A DNA stretch of 54,465 bases from Salinarchaeum sp. (GTDB lineage: Archaea > Halobacteriota > Halobacteria > Halobacteriales > SKNY01): positions 1 to 54,465 of the forward strand of contig SKNY01000013.1 of NCBI GenBank assembly GCA_007123105.1, written 5' to 3'. Below are positions 1 to 9,531 of the stretch, in pieces. The stretch's first letter is position 1; the number at the start of each line of letters is the position of its first letter. Below the pieces are notes generated by a model. It was not told the DNA's origin. It ran no database searches and worked only from the letters and a program-made list of their open reading frames with translations. Position numbers and translations under genes: made by a program.

Positions 1-440
1 CCTGGGCGTAACAATGCACAGGCGGCCTCAAACGCAACTGTAGCGAGGTGGACCGATCGTGCTTGATCGAGCGAATATTCGCCCGTCATCTCGGGAGCCA
101 TATCAGAGACGACCACATCGACGGTGCCGTCGGGGGTCACCTCACGTACGGCGTCGAGGGTGGCAGATTCGGTCACGTCCCCGCGTACCGTGGTGACGGT
201 CGCTGGCACGTCATCCGGCGCGGTGAATCGCTGTCGATCCACGCCGACGACGGTACCGGCCTCCCCGACCGCTCGAGCCGCGACCTGCATCCAACCACCA
301 GGCGCCGCGCCGAGATCGACGACCGTGTCTCCCGCGTCGAACAGGGCTTCGGCCTCGTCCAGCTGAATCAGCTTGTAGGCGGCCCGCGACCGGTATCCTT
401 CCTGTTTTGCTTTGTTGTAATACATGTCACGACGGGTCAT
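1..440 (-). CDS. rlmE: 23S rRNA (uridine-2'-O)-methyltransferase RlmE/FtsJ; 3' end cut by window edge
   Basis: Absent from the ORF track because it has no stop in the window. My reverse-strand translation from the ATG at 440 reads MTRRDMYYNKAKQEGYRSRAAYKLIQLDE..VVDLGAAPGGWMQVA..VVSDMAPEMTGE, which carries the FtsJ SAM-binding and DMAP motifs. Confidence 0.85.
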   Translation of the reverse strand, partial: MTRRDMYYNKAKQEGYRSRAAYKLIQLDEAEALFDAGDTVVDLGAAPGGWMQVAARAVGEAGTVVGVDRQRFTAPDDVPATVTTVRGDVTESATLDAVREVTPDGTVDVVVSDMAPEMTGEYSLDQARSVHLATVAFEAACALLRP

Positions 441-636
441 CGATACCACACCTCACCGGCCGGTCTGGATTGGCGAGTTGATGCCACTGCAGCCGGATGC
501 ATATCTCGGGTGAGGGCATCGTCCCGGATAGGCACATCGGATGGATCCCATTGTAGTGCGTACCGGATCGTGGGCACCCGCCAACAGCCGAGTGAACCCG
601 CACGTCGCCGCAATTTCACGGTCGGACATAGGGTGA

Positions 637-644
637 CTTTTTAA
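637..644 (+). promoter_or_regulatory. TATA-like element (CTTTTTAA) upstream of pcn, spacing consistent with a leaderless transcript
   Basis: It is the only AT-rich element in the rlmE-pcn spacer. Its centre lies about 28 nt upstream of the ATG at 668. Confidence 0.4.
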
Positions 645-667
645 CTGCGGTGGACGTTCGATTCATC

Positions 668-1411
668 ATGTTTACGGCGATCGTTCGGGCGGATACGTTC
701 CAGGACGTGTTGGACGCCGTCGAAGCGCTGGTTGAGGAATGTAAGATCCATTTGGACGAGGACGGCCTCGGCATGCGCGCGACGGATCCGGCGACGGTCG
801 GCATGGTCGACGTCTGGCTGTCGGCCGAGGCATTCGAGTCATATGAAGCCGACGGTGGTGTCATCGGCGTGAATCTCACGCGGTTGTCCGACATCGCCGG
901 CATGGCAAGCGGTGACGATCTCATCCGCTTGCAGCTCGACGAGGCCACTGGAAAACTGCAGATCCAACTCGACGGCCTCGAGTACACCCTTGCCCTCATC
1001 GATCCCGATTCAATCCGCCAGGAACCGGACATTCCGGATCTCGATCTCCCGGCGACGGTCGTGCTCGAGGGTGCTGACATCAACCGGGCGGTTCGGGCGG
1101 CGGACATGGTCTCAGACCATGTGGCATTTGGCATCGACGACGAGGAGGAACACTTCTACGTCCATGCCGAGGGCGACACTGACGACGTCCACCTTGCGCT
1201 TGACGGCGAGGACGTCATCGACCTGGACATTGGTCCCGCCCATTCGCTGTTCAGTCTGGAATATCTGAAAAACATGAACGCGGCAATCGACGGCGATGCC
1301 GAAGTCATTATCGAACTCGGTGAGGATGTCCCCGTCAAGCTCACGTTCGAACTCGCCGAGGGGCAGGGCGATGTGCTGTACATGCTCGCCCCGCGAATCC
1401 AGAACACGTAG
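668..1411 (+). CDS. pcn: DNA polymerase sliding clamp (PCNA)
   Basis: ORF 650..1411. The internal ATG gives [53 protein letters not shown], a typical haloarchaeal PCNA N-terminus and C-terminal motif. Confidence 0.95.
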   Translation: MFTAIVRADTFQDVLDAVEALVEECKIHLDEDGLGMRATDPATVGMVDVWLSAEAFESYEADGGVIGVNLTRLSDIAGMASGDDLIRLQLDEATGKLQIQLDGLEYTLALIDPDSIRQEPDIPDLDLPATVVLEGADINRAVRAADMVSDHVAFGIDDEEEHFYVHAEGDTDDVHLALDGEDVIDLDIGPAHSLFSLEYLKNMNAAIDGDAEVIIELGEDVPVKLTFELAEGQGDVLYMLAPRIQNT

Positions 1412-1477
1412 TCGCAACGGCCAACTACCACCCCCGGCCAGCAACTTTTTCCCACCCTGCTCTCGAAGCATGCAGTG

Positions 1478-2527
1478 ATGGATGCGGTCGCCGCACGGTA
1501 CCCGTTTCTCGCTGTCGCCCGTACGGCAGTCAAGGAGGCGGATGTCGACCTCGGCGCGGTCGTTCAGGCAGCGGATTCGCCGATCCTTGCACGGGCCGTC
1601 GAGCGGGTCGAGGGTGCGATCCGGGACGGCCGCGTCCCGGACCCGGTGGCCGATCACGAGGTCGAACTCCTCTCCTATCCAATGGCGCGGGTCTTGGTAT
1701 CCTTAATCAATGAATCCGTGCTCACCGACCGGTACGCTCTTGCCGAGGCCAGACGGGCCATGGATCTACTGGCCTCCGATCGTGAAACTGCGGGGCTACG
1801 CAGCACCGGCACGCAATCGCTGGATCGAGAGAACCTCCTCGCTGAACTCGAACTTACAGATCAGCTCGTCGTCGAGGATGATGGGTATTCGATGGCCGTC
1901 ACCGCATACTTGCGGCTGATTAGCGCCCTCCGTGATTCTTCGTGGCGACTCGTCGATCGACGGCTGACAACGGGTTGGGTCCGCATCGATGAAGACGAAC
2001 TCGACATCTTACTTCGCGAAGCGATCCGACATCGCGTCCGCGTTGATCTCCCACTCGAGGTTCCCGACGAGATCGCCAACGAGCTCACAGCCCAGGTCGA
2101 TGCCATCGGCAATATGCTGGCCGATGTCCGGCTGCCAACGGATATCGACATCGTCAGTCCAGCACAATTTCCGCCGTGTATTGCAGCGTTAGTCGAGCAG
2201 GCCCGGGCAGGTCATTCTCTCGGCCCGGTCGAACGGTTCACACTTGTGGCGTTCCTTCGAGCGATCGGTCTGGCCACAGCGGACCTCCCGTCATTCCTCG
2301 AGGTGGATTCCACCAGTGAGGAACGCACGCTTTTGTATACCGCCTCCCGGGTCTGTGGTGAGAGTAGTGCAACCGCATACCCCCCGCCGATGTGCGAGAC
2401 GCTCGAGATGTTAGGCGTATGTGTCGACGCTGACGATCGATGTATGGATGTGGGACACCCACTACTCGGGTATCACCGCCGCATCACAGCTGCACCAGAC
2501 GTCACGGATTGGCGAGAGGAGCCGTAA
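1478..2527 (+). CDS. priL: DNA primase large subunit PriL
   Basis: ORF 1475..2527 (GTG then ATG). It follows pcn as in other haloarchaea. It has the FPPCI..L motif and a C-terminal Cys cluster (CGES..PPPMC..C..C) typical of the PriL Fe-S domain. Confidence 0.85.
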   Translation: MDAVAARYPFLAVARTAVKEADVDLGAVVQAADSPILARAVERVEGAIRDGRVPDPVADHEVELLSYPMARVLVSLINESVLTDRYALAEARRAMDLLASDRETAGLRSTGTQSLDRENLLAELELTDQLVVEDDGYSMAVTAYLRLISALRDSSWRLVDRRLTTGWVRIDEDELDILLREAIRHRVRVDLPLEVPDEIANELTAQVDAIGNMLADVRLPTDIDIVSPAQFPPCIAALVEQARAGHSLGPVERFTLVAFLRAIGLATADLPSFLEVDSTSEERTLLYTASRVCGESSATAYPPPMCETLEMLGVCVDADDRCMDVGHPLLGYHRRITAAPDVTDWREEP

Positions 2528-2648
2528 CTCCGGACCTGCACCGGCGATCTGGTGGGATCCCCCCGGAACCGAACGACGGCTGCCGCCAGTGCTCTGCACC
2601 TTGATCTTTTCCCCACAACTCAAGTCGTTGACTTTCGCATACTCGCTG

Positions 2649-2873
2649 TCACTCAACAGCGTCATCGCGATGCAACCAATACGCCAGTGCAATCCCGACC
2701 CCTGCCATGACGAGCACGAACGCCAGGATCGCGCCGACGATGGCTAATCCGCCGTCCGGTCCAAGCCCATCCTGTCCGAACTGATCGCCAACACCGATAA
2801 CCAAGACGATGAACAATCCAACGACGAGCACGGAGACGACAATTTCGATGATCCGCGCCCGCTCGATCTCCAT
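2649..2873 (-). CDS. small two-TM membrane protein, function unknown
   Basis: ORF 2649..2933 trimmed to the internal ATG (MEIERARIIEIVVSVLVVGLFIVLVIG..). It has two clear hydrophobic helices. Confidence 0.5.
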   Translation of the reverse strand: MEIERARIIEIVVSVLVVGLFIVLVIGVGDQFGQDGLGPDGGLAIVGAILAFVLVMAGVGIALAYWLHRDDAVE

Positions 2874-2947
2874 GGTGTGGGTTCCGACGGCTTGCTCAAA
2901 AGGGCTTCGAGAAGCTGCCCCGAGTTTTCTCACCGGTCACGAGCGCC

Positions 2948-3346
2948 TCAGGCGGCACGACCAACCAGCTCTGCAAACGACTCACCGTGTCCGATTGCCT
3001 GTTCTTTTTTCACCCGATAATTGCCACCGTCAGTCACGTGGAGTTCACCGGGATGGAAGAAATACCAATCCTCTCGATCGAATCTGACCCCGATCCTGGC
3101 CTTCGCCCCGAAGTTTCGTGAAAAATACACGAGCGCTTCGACCTCTTCGCCCGTCAAGTAGATCGGGTTGCCGGCGCTCGATTTCACCTCGATCGCATAG
3201 AACGTTTCGCCGTTACCTGCCAACACGTCGGGGAGTTCTCGTTGTGTCGCGCTTCCGCTGGCGGGTGCGCGCATCACGGCGAATCCTGCCTCGTCAAGGG
3301 CGTTTACGAGTTCGCGCTCGCGACGGTCGCCCTTCGCTTGCGACAT
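2948..3346 (-). CDS. hjc: Holliday junction resolvase Hjc
   Basis: 132 aa. The sequence [46 protein letters not shown] matches the archaeal Hjc nuclease core (E..PD..E-V-K). Confidence 0.9.
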   Translation of the reverse strand: MSQAKGDRRERELVNALDEAGFAVMRAPASGSATQRELPDVLAGNGETFYAIEVKSSAGNPIYLTGEEVEALVYFSRNFGAKARIGVRFDREDWYFFHPGELHVTDGGNYRVKKEQAIGHGESFAELVGRAA

Positions 3347-3439
3347 TGATCTCAGTTCTCCGTGACCGTATTAAACCCATTCGACAAGGTTGTGGCATGG
3401 TGGGTCGATGCCACGGTGTTCGGTTAGTCGATCACGCCG

Positions 3440-4219
3440 CTAGATCATGCCGATCGGCGTCACCATCTGTCCGGGATTTACCCCGGCAAGCAGGGCCGCA
3501 AGGTAGATCAAGAGCACGAACCCGTTCATCGCCGCGTGGACGACGATGGGTACGAGCAAGTTGCCGGAGCGGACGTACGTGTACCCGAAGATCACCGATC
3601 CACCGAACAGGATCACCAGGGACGTGACCGTTGCCGTCAATTCGGCTGCCTGAGGGACGAACATCGGCACGTGAATGAGTGTAAACAGAATACTCGCCGC
3701 CACGATCGCCCCCCAATCGGAGAAGACCTCGGCGAATCGTTTCTGGATCACGTTTCGAAACAGAAATTCCTCGGCGGGCGCGTTGAAGAATGCGACCAGG
3801 ATCAGCATCATCAAGACCATCATCACGTCGTCCCCGAGGACCGCCACCACGTCGCTGTCCGCGGCCGGGACGTTCAGGAGCTGAATGATAATGCTGGCGC
3901 CGATGTAGTAGCCGATAATCAGCGCCACGCCGATGCCCATCCAGACCAGATCGCGTCGATTGGGCACCCGGAGGTCGATCCACCCCCATCCCCGACCGGT
4001 CGCCCAGATGTAGAGCAGTCCTGCCAACGCCATGCCCACAAACTGCAGGGCAATCGCGAGTGTGCGACCGAAGACAGTTGCATCGGCCAGTGAGACGAGC
4101 AACGTCGGGTCGATGAAGATGGCAGGAATCGAGACGACCATCATCAATAACAACGCCAGCACGGTGACCCCCACGCCGGCGAGAACCGCGGTAACCGATC
4201 GACGGGTACGAGAGAGCAT
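3440..4219 (-). CDS. CPBP family intramembrane glutamic endopeptidase (CAAX protease-like)
   Basis: Polytopic membrane protein with the EEFLFR motif, followed by LFTLIH and HAAMN motifs. Confidence 0.85.
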   Translation of the reverse strand: MLSRTRRSVTAVLAGVGVTVLALLLMMVVSIPAIFIDPTLLVSLADATVFGRTLAIALQFVGMALAGLLYIWATGRGWGWIDLRVPNRRDLVWMGIGVALIIGYYIGASIIIQLLNVPAADSDVVAVLGDDVMMVLMMLILVAFFNAPAEEFLFRNVIQKRFAEVFSDWGAIVAASILFTLIHVPMFVPQAAELTATVTSLVILFGGSVIFGYTYVRSGNLLVPIVVHAAMNGFVLLIYLAALLAGVNPGQMVTPIGMI

Positions 4220-4269
4220 GGCGGACGATACCTGTCAGTTCGTGACCGCGGGTAATACTCCTGTTGCTA

Positions 4270-5553
4270 CTAGGTCCCGTGGTCCCAACGGTCGAGGTAC
4301 TCGCGCTGGGTTGGGCTGAGTTCGTCGTGTTCGATCCCCTCGGCCGCAAGCTTGATTTCAGCGATGTGGCGATCGAGCTCGTCGGGGACGGGGTGCACCC
4401 CCGACTCGTAACTCCCGTGGTTGGCGACGAGCTCCTCGGCACAGGCCGCCTGAACCCCGAAGCTCTGATCCATTACTTCGATTGCGTGTCCCAACGCCAC
4501 CGGCGTTGCCAGGTTGACCAGTCGTCCCTCGGCCAGCACGTTCACCTCTCGCCCGTCCGGCAGTCGATAGGCGGTGATCCCATCCCTGACGGCACGACTA
4601 TCTACGGCGTACTCGGCCAACCCCTCGAGGTCGATCTCGATGTCGAAGTGGCCGGCGTTCGCAAGTACGGCGCCGTCCTGCATCTCCCGGAAAACGTCGA
4701 GGGTGATCACGTCCCGGTTGCCGGTCGTGGTCAGAAAGAGGTCGCCTTCGGCGGCCGCGTCGACCATCGGCATCACCTCGAACCCTTCCATGTGTGCCTC
4801 GAGGGCGCGGCGCGGCTCGACCTCCGTTACGATTACCCGCGCGTTCTGGCCGGCCGCTTTCTTCGCGACGCCTTTGCCACAATGGCCATAGCCGGCGACG
4901 ACGACCGTCGAACCGGCCCAGGAGAGATTCGTCGTCATCGCGATCGAGGCAAGCGATGACTCGCCCGTCCCGTGGATGTTGTCGAACAGCTGCTTCATCG
5001 GGGTATCGTTCACCGCGATCATCGGATATTCGAGCGCACCGTCGGCCGCCATAGCCCGCAACCGATGCACGCCAGTCGTCGTCTCCTCGCATCCGCCGAT
5101 GACGTCCGAGAGCCGTTCCGGGTAGTGTTCGTGCAGTCTAAACACGAGATCGCCGCCATCGTCAATCGTCACCTCCGGTCCGGCCTCGATCACCGCATCA
5201 ATTGCTGCGTAGTACTCCGATTCGTCCACACCCCGTTTTGCATAACAGGTGACGCCATCGACCGCGTCGAGGGCCGCACTCACGTCGTCGTGGGTCGACA
5301 ACGGATTACAGCCAGTGATCGCGACGCTCGCGCCAGCGGCCGCCAGCGTCTCCGTGAGCACGGCCGTCTTGGCCTCGACGTGCATCGCCATCCCCACGGT
5401 CCATCCCTCGAGCGGTCGTTCGTTTTCGACTCGTTCGCGGATCGCCGCCAGAATGGGCATGTGCGAGCGCGCCCACGCGATTTTGTCCGCGCCGGACGAG
5501 CGCGCCTCGCCGGCGTCGTCGAGTTGGGAGCTGATCGAGTCGTAACTGCTCAT
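4270..5553 (-). CDS. ahcY: adenosylhomocysteinase (or S-inosylhomocysteine hydrolase)
   Basis: 427 aa. KIAWARSHMPIL..GCNPLSTHDDV..EETTTGVHRL..GYGHCGKG is the canonical SAH-hydrolase signature with its NAD-binding site. Confidence 0.95.
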   Translation of the reverse strand: MSSYDSISSQLDDAGEARSSGADKIAWARSHMPILAAIRERVENERPLEGWTVGMAMHVEAKTAVLTETLAAAGASVAITGCNPLSTHDDVSAALDAVDGVTCYAKRGVDESEYYAAIDAVIEAGPEVTIDDGGDLVFRLHEHYPERLSDVIGGCEETTTGVHRLRAMAADGALEYPMIAVNDTPMKQLFDNIHGTGESSLASIAMTTNLSWAGSTVVVAGYGHCGKGVAKKAAGQNARVIVTEVEPRRALEAHMEGFEVMPMVDAAAEGDLFLTTTGNRDVITLDVFREMQDGAVLANAGHFDIEIDLEGLAEYAVDSRAVRDGITAYRLPDGREVNVLAEGRLVNLATPVALGHAIEVMDQSFGVQAACAEELVANHGSYESGVHPVPDELDRHIAEIKLAAEGIEHDELSPTQREYLDRWDHGT

Positions 5554-5576
5554 GGCGGTACTGGTGGCACCGCGTC

Positions 5577-6878
5577 CTAAACGCTACCGTTCGCTCGCGC
5601 AAGGAGGGTTTCGGCACGTCGTCGTGCCGCCCGGATCGTCGCCCGTTCGTCGAGTGAGAGCACGGTCCGGTCGCGCATCAACACCCGGCCAGCACAGATC
5701 GTGTGCCGGACGTCCGCACCGCGTGCGGCGTACACCAGATGGCTCAGGAGATCGTGGGCGGGCGTGAGGTGGGGTCGATCGAGGGCAAGGACGGCGAGGT
5801 CCGCTGGTGCACCCGGCTCGATCCGGCCGGTGGCGAGACCGAGCAGGTCGGCACCGCCGGCGGTTGCCGCGGTAAACGTCGTAGCCGCGTCCATGGCGGC
5901 GGCGTCGTCGGCTGCAAGCTTCCCCAGCATGGCGGCGTCGCGGAGCTCATCGAACATGTCGAGATCGTTGTTCGACGCTGCTCCGTCGGTCCCGATGCCG
6001 ACCCCGACACCGGCGTCGAGGAGTTGCTGGACCGGTGCCATTCCGCTCGCGAGTTTCATGTTCGAGGCGGGACAGTGTGCCACTCCAGTCCCCCGATCGG
6101 CGAGCAGGTCGATTTCTTCGTTGTCGACATGCACGCCGTGGGCAATCCATGATGTGTCGGTCAGGAGGCCGCGCTCGTCGGCGTAAACGAGCGGTCGGCG
6201 GCCGTGCTCCTCGACGATCGGATCGACCTCGTCCCGTGTCTCGTTGGCGTGAAAATGAATCGGCAGGCCCGCCTGGTGGGCCCGGGGGACGTACCGATCG
6301 AGATACTCGGTTCCTACCGTCGTCAGCGCGTGGGGTTGAAAGGACGTCCGGATCCGTCCGTCCGCCGCGTCTTCATATTCGAGGGCGACCGCCAGGCTCT
6401 CCTCGAGATCTGCGAGCGCCGCCGCCTCGTCCTTGCCAACCGTGATCGCCGTGTGGCCGATCACCCCCCGGATGCCGGCCTCCTCGACGGCACGAGCGAT
6501 CTGTGGGACGTGGAAGTACATGTCCGCGAACGCGGTTGTCCCCGACTTGATCATCTCCAGCAAGCCAAGGCGCGCACCCGCGAAGACATCGGCCGGGCGG
6601 AGTTCGGCTTCCAGCGGCCAAATGTCCTCGCTGAGCCACCGGTCGAGCTGCTTGTCATCGGCAATCCCGCGAAACAGCGTCATCGCCACGTGGCAGTGGG
6701 CGTTGACCAGCCCGGGAACGATGAGCTGCTCGGTCGCGTCGATCGTCTCGTCACCGGTACCCACGTCGGTCCCCACCGCGAGGATCGAACCTGCCTCCTG
6801 ATCGATCAGCACGTCCGCCTCGTGGACCTCCATTGCCGGCGTGAGGACGCGTCCGCCGCGGATCGCCAAGGTTCCCAT
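5577..6878 (-). CDS. mtaD: amidohydrolase, 5'-methylthioadenosine/S-adenosylhomocysteine deaminase-like
   Basis: ORF 5577..7004 trimmed to [13 protein letters not shown]. It has the [10 protein letters not shown] metal-binding motif, HFHANET, and GTDGAASNN. Confidence 0.85.
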   Translation of the reverse strand: MGTLAIRGGRVLTPAMEVHEADVLIDQEAGSILAVGTDVGTGDETIDATEQLIVPGLVNAHCHVAMTLFRGIADDKQLDRWLSEDIWPLEAELRPADVFAGARLGLLEMIKSGTTAFADMYFHVPQIARAVEEAGIRGVIGHTAITVGKDEAAALADLEESLAVALEYEDAADGRIRTSFQPHALTTVGTEYLDRYVPRAHQAGLPIHFHANETRDEVDPIVEEHGRRPLVYADERGLLTDTSWIAHGVHVDNEEIDLLADRGTGVAHCPASNMKLASGMAPVQQLLDAGVGVGIGTDGAASNNDLDMFDELRDAAMLGKLAADDAAAMDAATTFTAATAGGADLLGLATGRIEPGAPADLAVLALDRPHLTPAHDLLSHLVYAARGADVRHTICAGRVLMRDRTVLSLDERATIRAARRRAETLLARANGSV

Positions 6879-6961
6879 CGGTGGCTGTTCGACCCGGTAC
6901 CAAAAAACCATCCCGGGTCGGAAAGGAAAGACGCATCCGGATGGGGCGAGACCGCCAATAC

Positions 6962-7810
6962 ATGCGTATCGCGGTCCCCAACAAGGGTCGACTCCACGAT
7001 CCATCGATTGAACTTCTAGAGCGCGCGGGACTGCACGTCACGGACGGAGCAGACCGGAAGCTGTACGCGGAGACGATTGACCCGGACATCAGTGTCCTGT
7101 TCGTCCGGGCGGCCGATATTCCCGAGTACGTCGCCGACGGCGCAGCAGAACTGGGCGTGACGGGTCTCGATATGGTTCAGGAGGCCGGAGTCGAACACGT
7201 AGCACCGCTGTTGGATCTCGAGTTCGGTCGCTGCCGGATCGTGCTTGCTGCTCCCGAAGATGGCCCCGTCACGTCGGTCGACGATCTGGCCGGCCGGACA
7301 GTGGCAACGGAATTTCCTAACCTCACACGATCTTACTTCTCGGATGCCGGGGTCGACCCAACGATCATTACGGTCTCCGGCGCGACGGAACTGACGCCGC
7401 ACGTCGATATGGCCGACGCCATCGTCGACATCACGAGTACCGGCACTACTCTCCGGATGAATCGTCTCGCGATCGTCGACGAGGTGCTCGAAAGTTCCGT
7501 TCACCTGATCGCACACGAGACCGTCCGCGACGATCCAAAAATTCAAGAGATCGAGACGGCCTTTCAGGCCGTCCTGTCGGCCGACGGCAAACGGTACTTG
7601 ATGTTGAATGCCCCGGAGGAACACCTCGATGCGATCCGTGACGTCATTCCGGGGCTTGGCGGCCCGACCGTCATGGACATTGCCGGTGATGGGATGGTGG
7701 CCGTTCATGCCGTCGTCGACGAGCGAGACGTCTTCCAAACCATCAACGAAATCAAACAGCTCGGTGCCAGTGGGATCCTCGTCACGGAGATCGAACGCAT
7801 GATCGAGTGA
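6962..7810 (+). CDS. hisG: ATP phosphoribosyltransferase
   Basis: ORF 6881..7810 trimmed to [32 protein letters not shown], the HisG long-form signature. Confidence 0.95.
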   Translation: MRIAVPNKGRLHDPSIELLERAGLHVTDGADRKLYAETIDPDISVLFVRAADIPEYVADGAAELGVTGLDMVQEAGVEHVAPLLDLEFGRCRIVLAAPEDGPVTSVDDLAGRTVATEFPNLTRSYFSDAGVDPTIITVSGATELTPHVDMADAIVDITSTGTTLRMNRLAIVDEVLESSVHLIAHETVRDDPKIQEIETAFQAVLSADGKRYLMLNAPEEHLDAIRDVIPGLGGPTVMDIAGDGMVAVHAVVDERDVFQTINEIKQLGASGILVTEIERMIE

Positions 7811-7873
7811 TCGGGTCCACCGTCTGTGCCACCGGATACCCGATCGACCACTGCCGCAGCCGGACTTGGCTCC

Positions 7874-8437
7874 TTACGATTCCAGCAGGCCGAGGTTCGA
7901 GAGTTGTGAGGTAATCTTATCTACGGCGTGTTCGGCGTCAACCGGCTGCTTACCGCCGGTGATGACGAGCTTCCCGCTGCCGAAGAGCAGTGCCACGACC
8001 GATGGTTCGTCAAGCCGATAGACGAGTCCCGGGAACTGTTCCGGTTCGTACTCGGTGTTCTCTAGGCCGAGGCCCACCGCGATGGCGTTGAGATTCAAAT
8101 TTACCCCGAGGTCTGCGCTCGTTACGATGTTCTGGACGACGATCTCGGGATCGTCGTCGACTTCGATCTGGAGTTCGCGGAGTTTATCGAAGACGATCTG
8201 GAGGCTCTCGTGGACGTCTTCGGTGCTTTTTGCGCCGGTACACACGATCTTTCCCGACCGGAAGATGAGGGCTGCTGACTTTGGATGTTGGGTCCGGTAG
8301 ACGAGGCCGGGGAACTGTTCGGGATCGTAATCGGCACCTTCGAGGTCCATCGCTACGCTCTGGAGATCGAGCTCCTGGCCGATGCCGGTCGAGGCGACGA
8401 CGTTCTCGATGTTGATGGTTTCCTTGGGGTCGGTCAT
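7874..8437 (-). CDS. tbp: TATA-box binding protein
   Basis: MTDPKETINIENVVASTGIGQELDL..EQFPGLVYR, with the repeat duplicated (two TBP repeats). Confidence 0.95.
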   Translation of the reverse strand: MTDPKETINIENVVASTGIGQELDLQSVAMDLEGADYDPEQFPGLVYRTQHPKSAALIFRSGKIVCTGAKSTEDVHESLQIVFDKLRELQIEVDDDPEIVVQNIVTSADLGVNLNLNAIAVGLGLENTEYEPEQFPGLVYRLDEPSVVALLFGSGKLVITGGKQPVDAEHAVDKITSQLSNLGLLES

Positions 8438-8440
8438 CAC

Positions 8441-8475
8441 GTACTTATAAAATTCTATTTAAGCCTTAAAAAGGT
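8441..8475. promoter_or_regulatory. AT-rich divergent promoter region between tbp and the Trm11-like gene
   Basis: The sequence CTTATAAAATTCTATTTAAGCCTTAAAAAGG is by far the most AT-rich stretch in its neighbourhood. A TATA-like element lies about 27 nt upstream of the tbp ATG. Confidence 0.4.
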
Positions 8476-8523
8476 TGGTGACCGATCGGTACGCTGAACC
8501 CCATCGTCCCCGGAGGGCTCCCC

Positions 8524-9492
8524 GTGTACGTCCTGGAACTCGTCGGCGAGGACGACGCATTCGCCGCCTACGAGGCCGCCATGCTGGCCACGGATGTCGA
8601 GGTAGTCGACGCCGGCGTTGCGATGGCAACTGCGGTCGATCCGTACCTCGATCGCGCCGGCTTCACGCGTCGGATTATCGCGCACGAGGCCACGACCTCA
8701 CCTACCGTCGATGCCGTCTTCGAGGCGGTCGAGACCCTCGAGACCGAACGGACGGGCACGGTCGCTGTCAGAGCCCGTAGCATCCGTGGCGGCACCATCG
8801 ACACGGCCGCGGTCGAACGCACCGTCGGCGCGATCCTTGTCGACCGGGGCCTGGGGGTCGATCTCGAATCGCCCGATCACGAGTTCCACGTTCTCGTCTC
8901 ACGGACATCAGCGTATCTCGGCTGGCTCGTCGCTTCGGGTGCTGCCGACTTCGCCGCTCGGCGGCCGACGGATCGTCCGTTCTTCCAGCCTGGGAGCATG
9001 GCGCCGCGGCTCGCGCGGGCGCTGGTCATCATGGCCGGTGCCCGACCCGGTACGACGATCCTCGATCCGATGTGTGGCACTGGTGGCATCGTTCTGGAGG
9101 CGGCGCTCGTCGGTGCAACGGCCGTCGGCATGGATGTACAAGCACACATGGTGCGAGGCACCCGGGAGAACTGCCAGACGCTGGCTCCCGGGCGGACCGC
9201 CCACGTCAGTCGTGCGGACGTCACGCGATTACCCGTGTGCGCCGGCTCGGTTGACGGTATCGCATTCGATGCCCCGTACGGCCGCCAATCGCCCATCGCC
9301 TCCCGGGAAACCGGTGATCTCCTCACTGACGCACTCGATGCCGTCGGTGGTGTCACGGACGCAGCGGTCATCGTCACCGATGCCCCCCGGAAGGAGGCCA
9401 TCGCGGCGACCGGCTGGCGGGTGCGAGCACGGTTTCGTCGCCGCGTCCATCGTTCGTTGACACGGCACATCTATCATCTCGACGGGACGTGA
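8524..9492 (+). CDS. THUMP-domain tRNA (guanine(10)-N2)-methyltransferase (Trm-G10/Trm11 family)
   Basis: GTG start. The N-terminal domain is THUMP-like. It has the SAM motif ILDPMCGTGGIVLEA and the catalytic DAPYG motif. Confidence 0.75.
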   Translation: MYVLELVGEDDAFAAYEAAMLATDVEVVDAGVAMATAVDPYLDRAGFTRRIIAHEATTSPTVDAVFEAVETLETERTGTVAVRARSIRGGTIDTAAVERTVGAILVDRGLGVDLESPDHEFHVLVSRTSAYLGWLVASGAADFAARRPTDRPFFQPGSMAPRLARALVIMAGARPGTTILDPMCGTGGIVLEAALVGATAVGMDVQAHMVRGTRENCQTLAPGRTAHVSRADVTRLPVCAGSVDGIAFDAPYGRQSPIASRETGDLLTDALDAVGGVTDAAVIVTDAPRKEAIAATGWRVRARFRRRVHRSLTRHIYHLDGT

Positions 9493-9531
9493 TGGGCACG
9501 TTTTTGCTCGTGACCCTGCCATATTGCGATC

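Noticed and set aside
48-644. 198-aa plus-strand ORF covering the start of the window
   Set aside because: It runs antisense to the clear RlmE/FtsJ coding sequence (1-440, minus strand). Its product is Arg/Gly/His-rich and basic, unlike haloarchaeal proteins. It is a typical high-GC shadow ORF.
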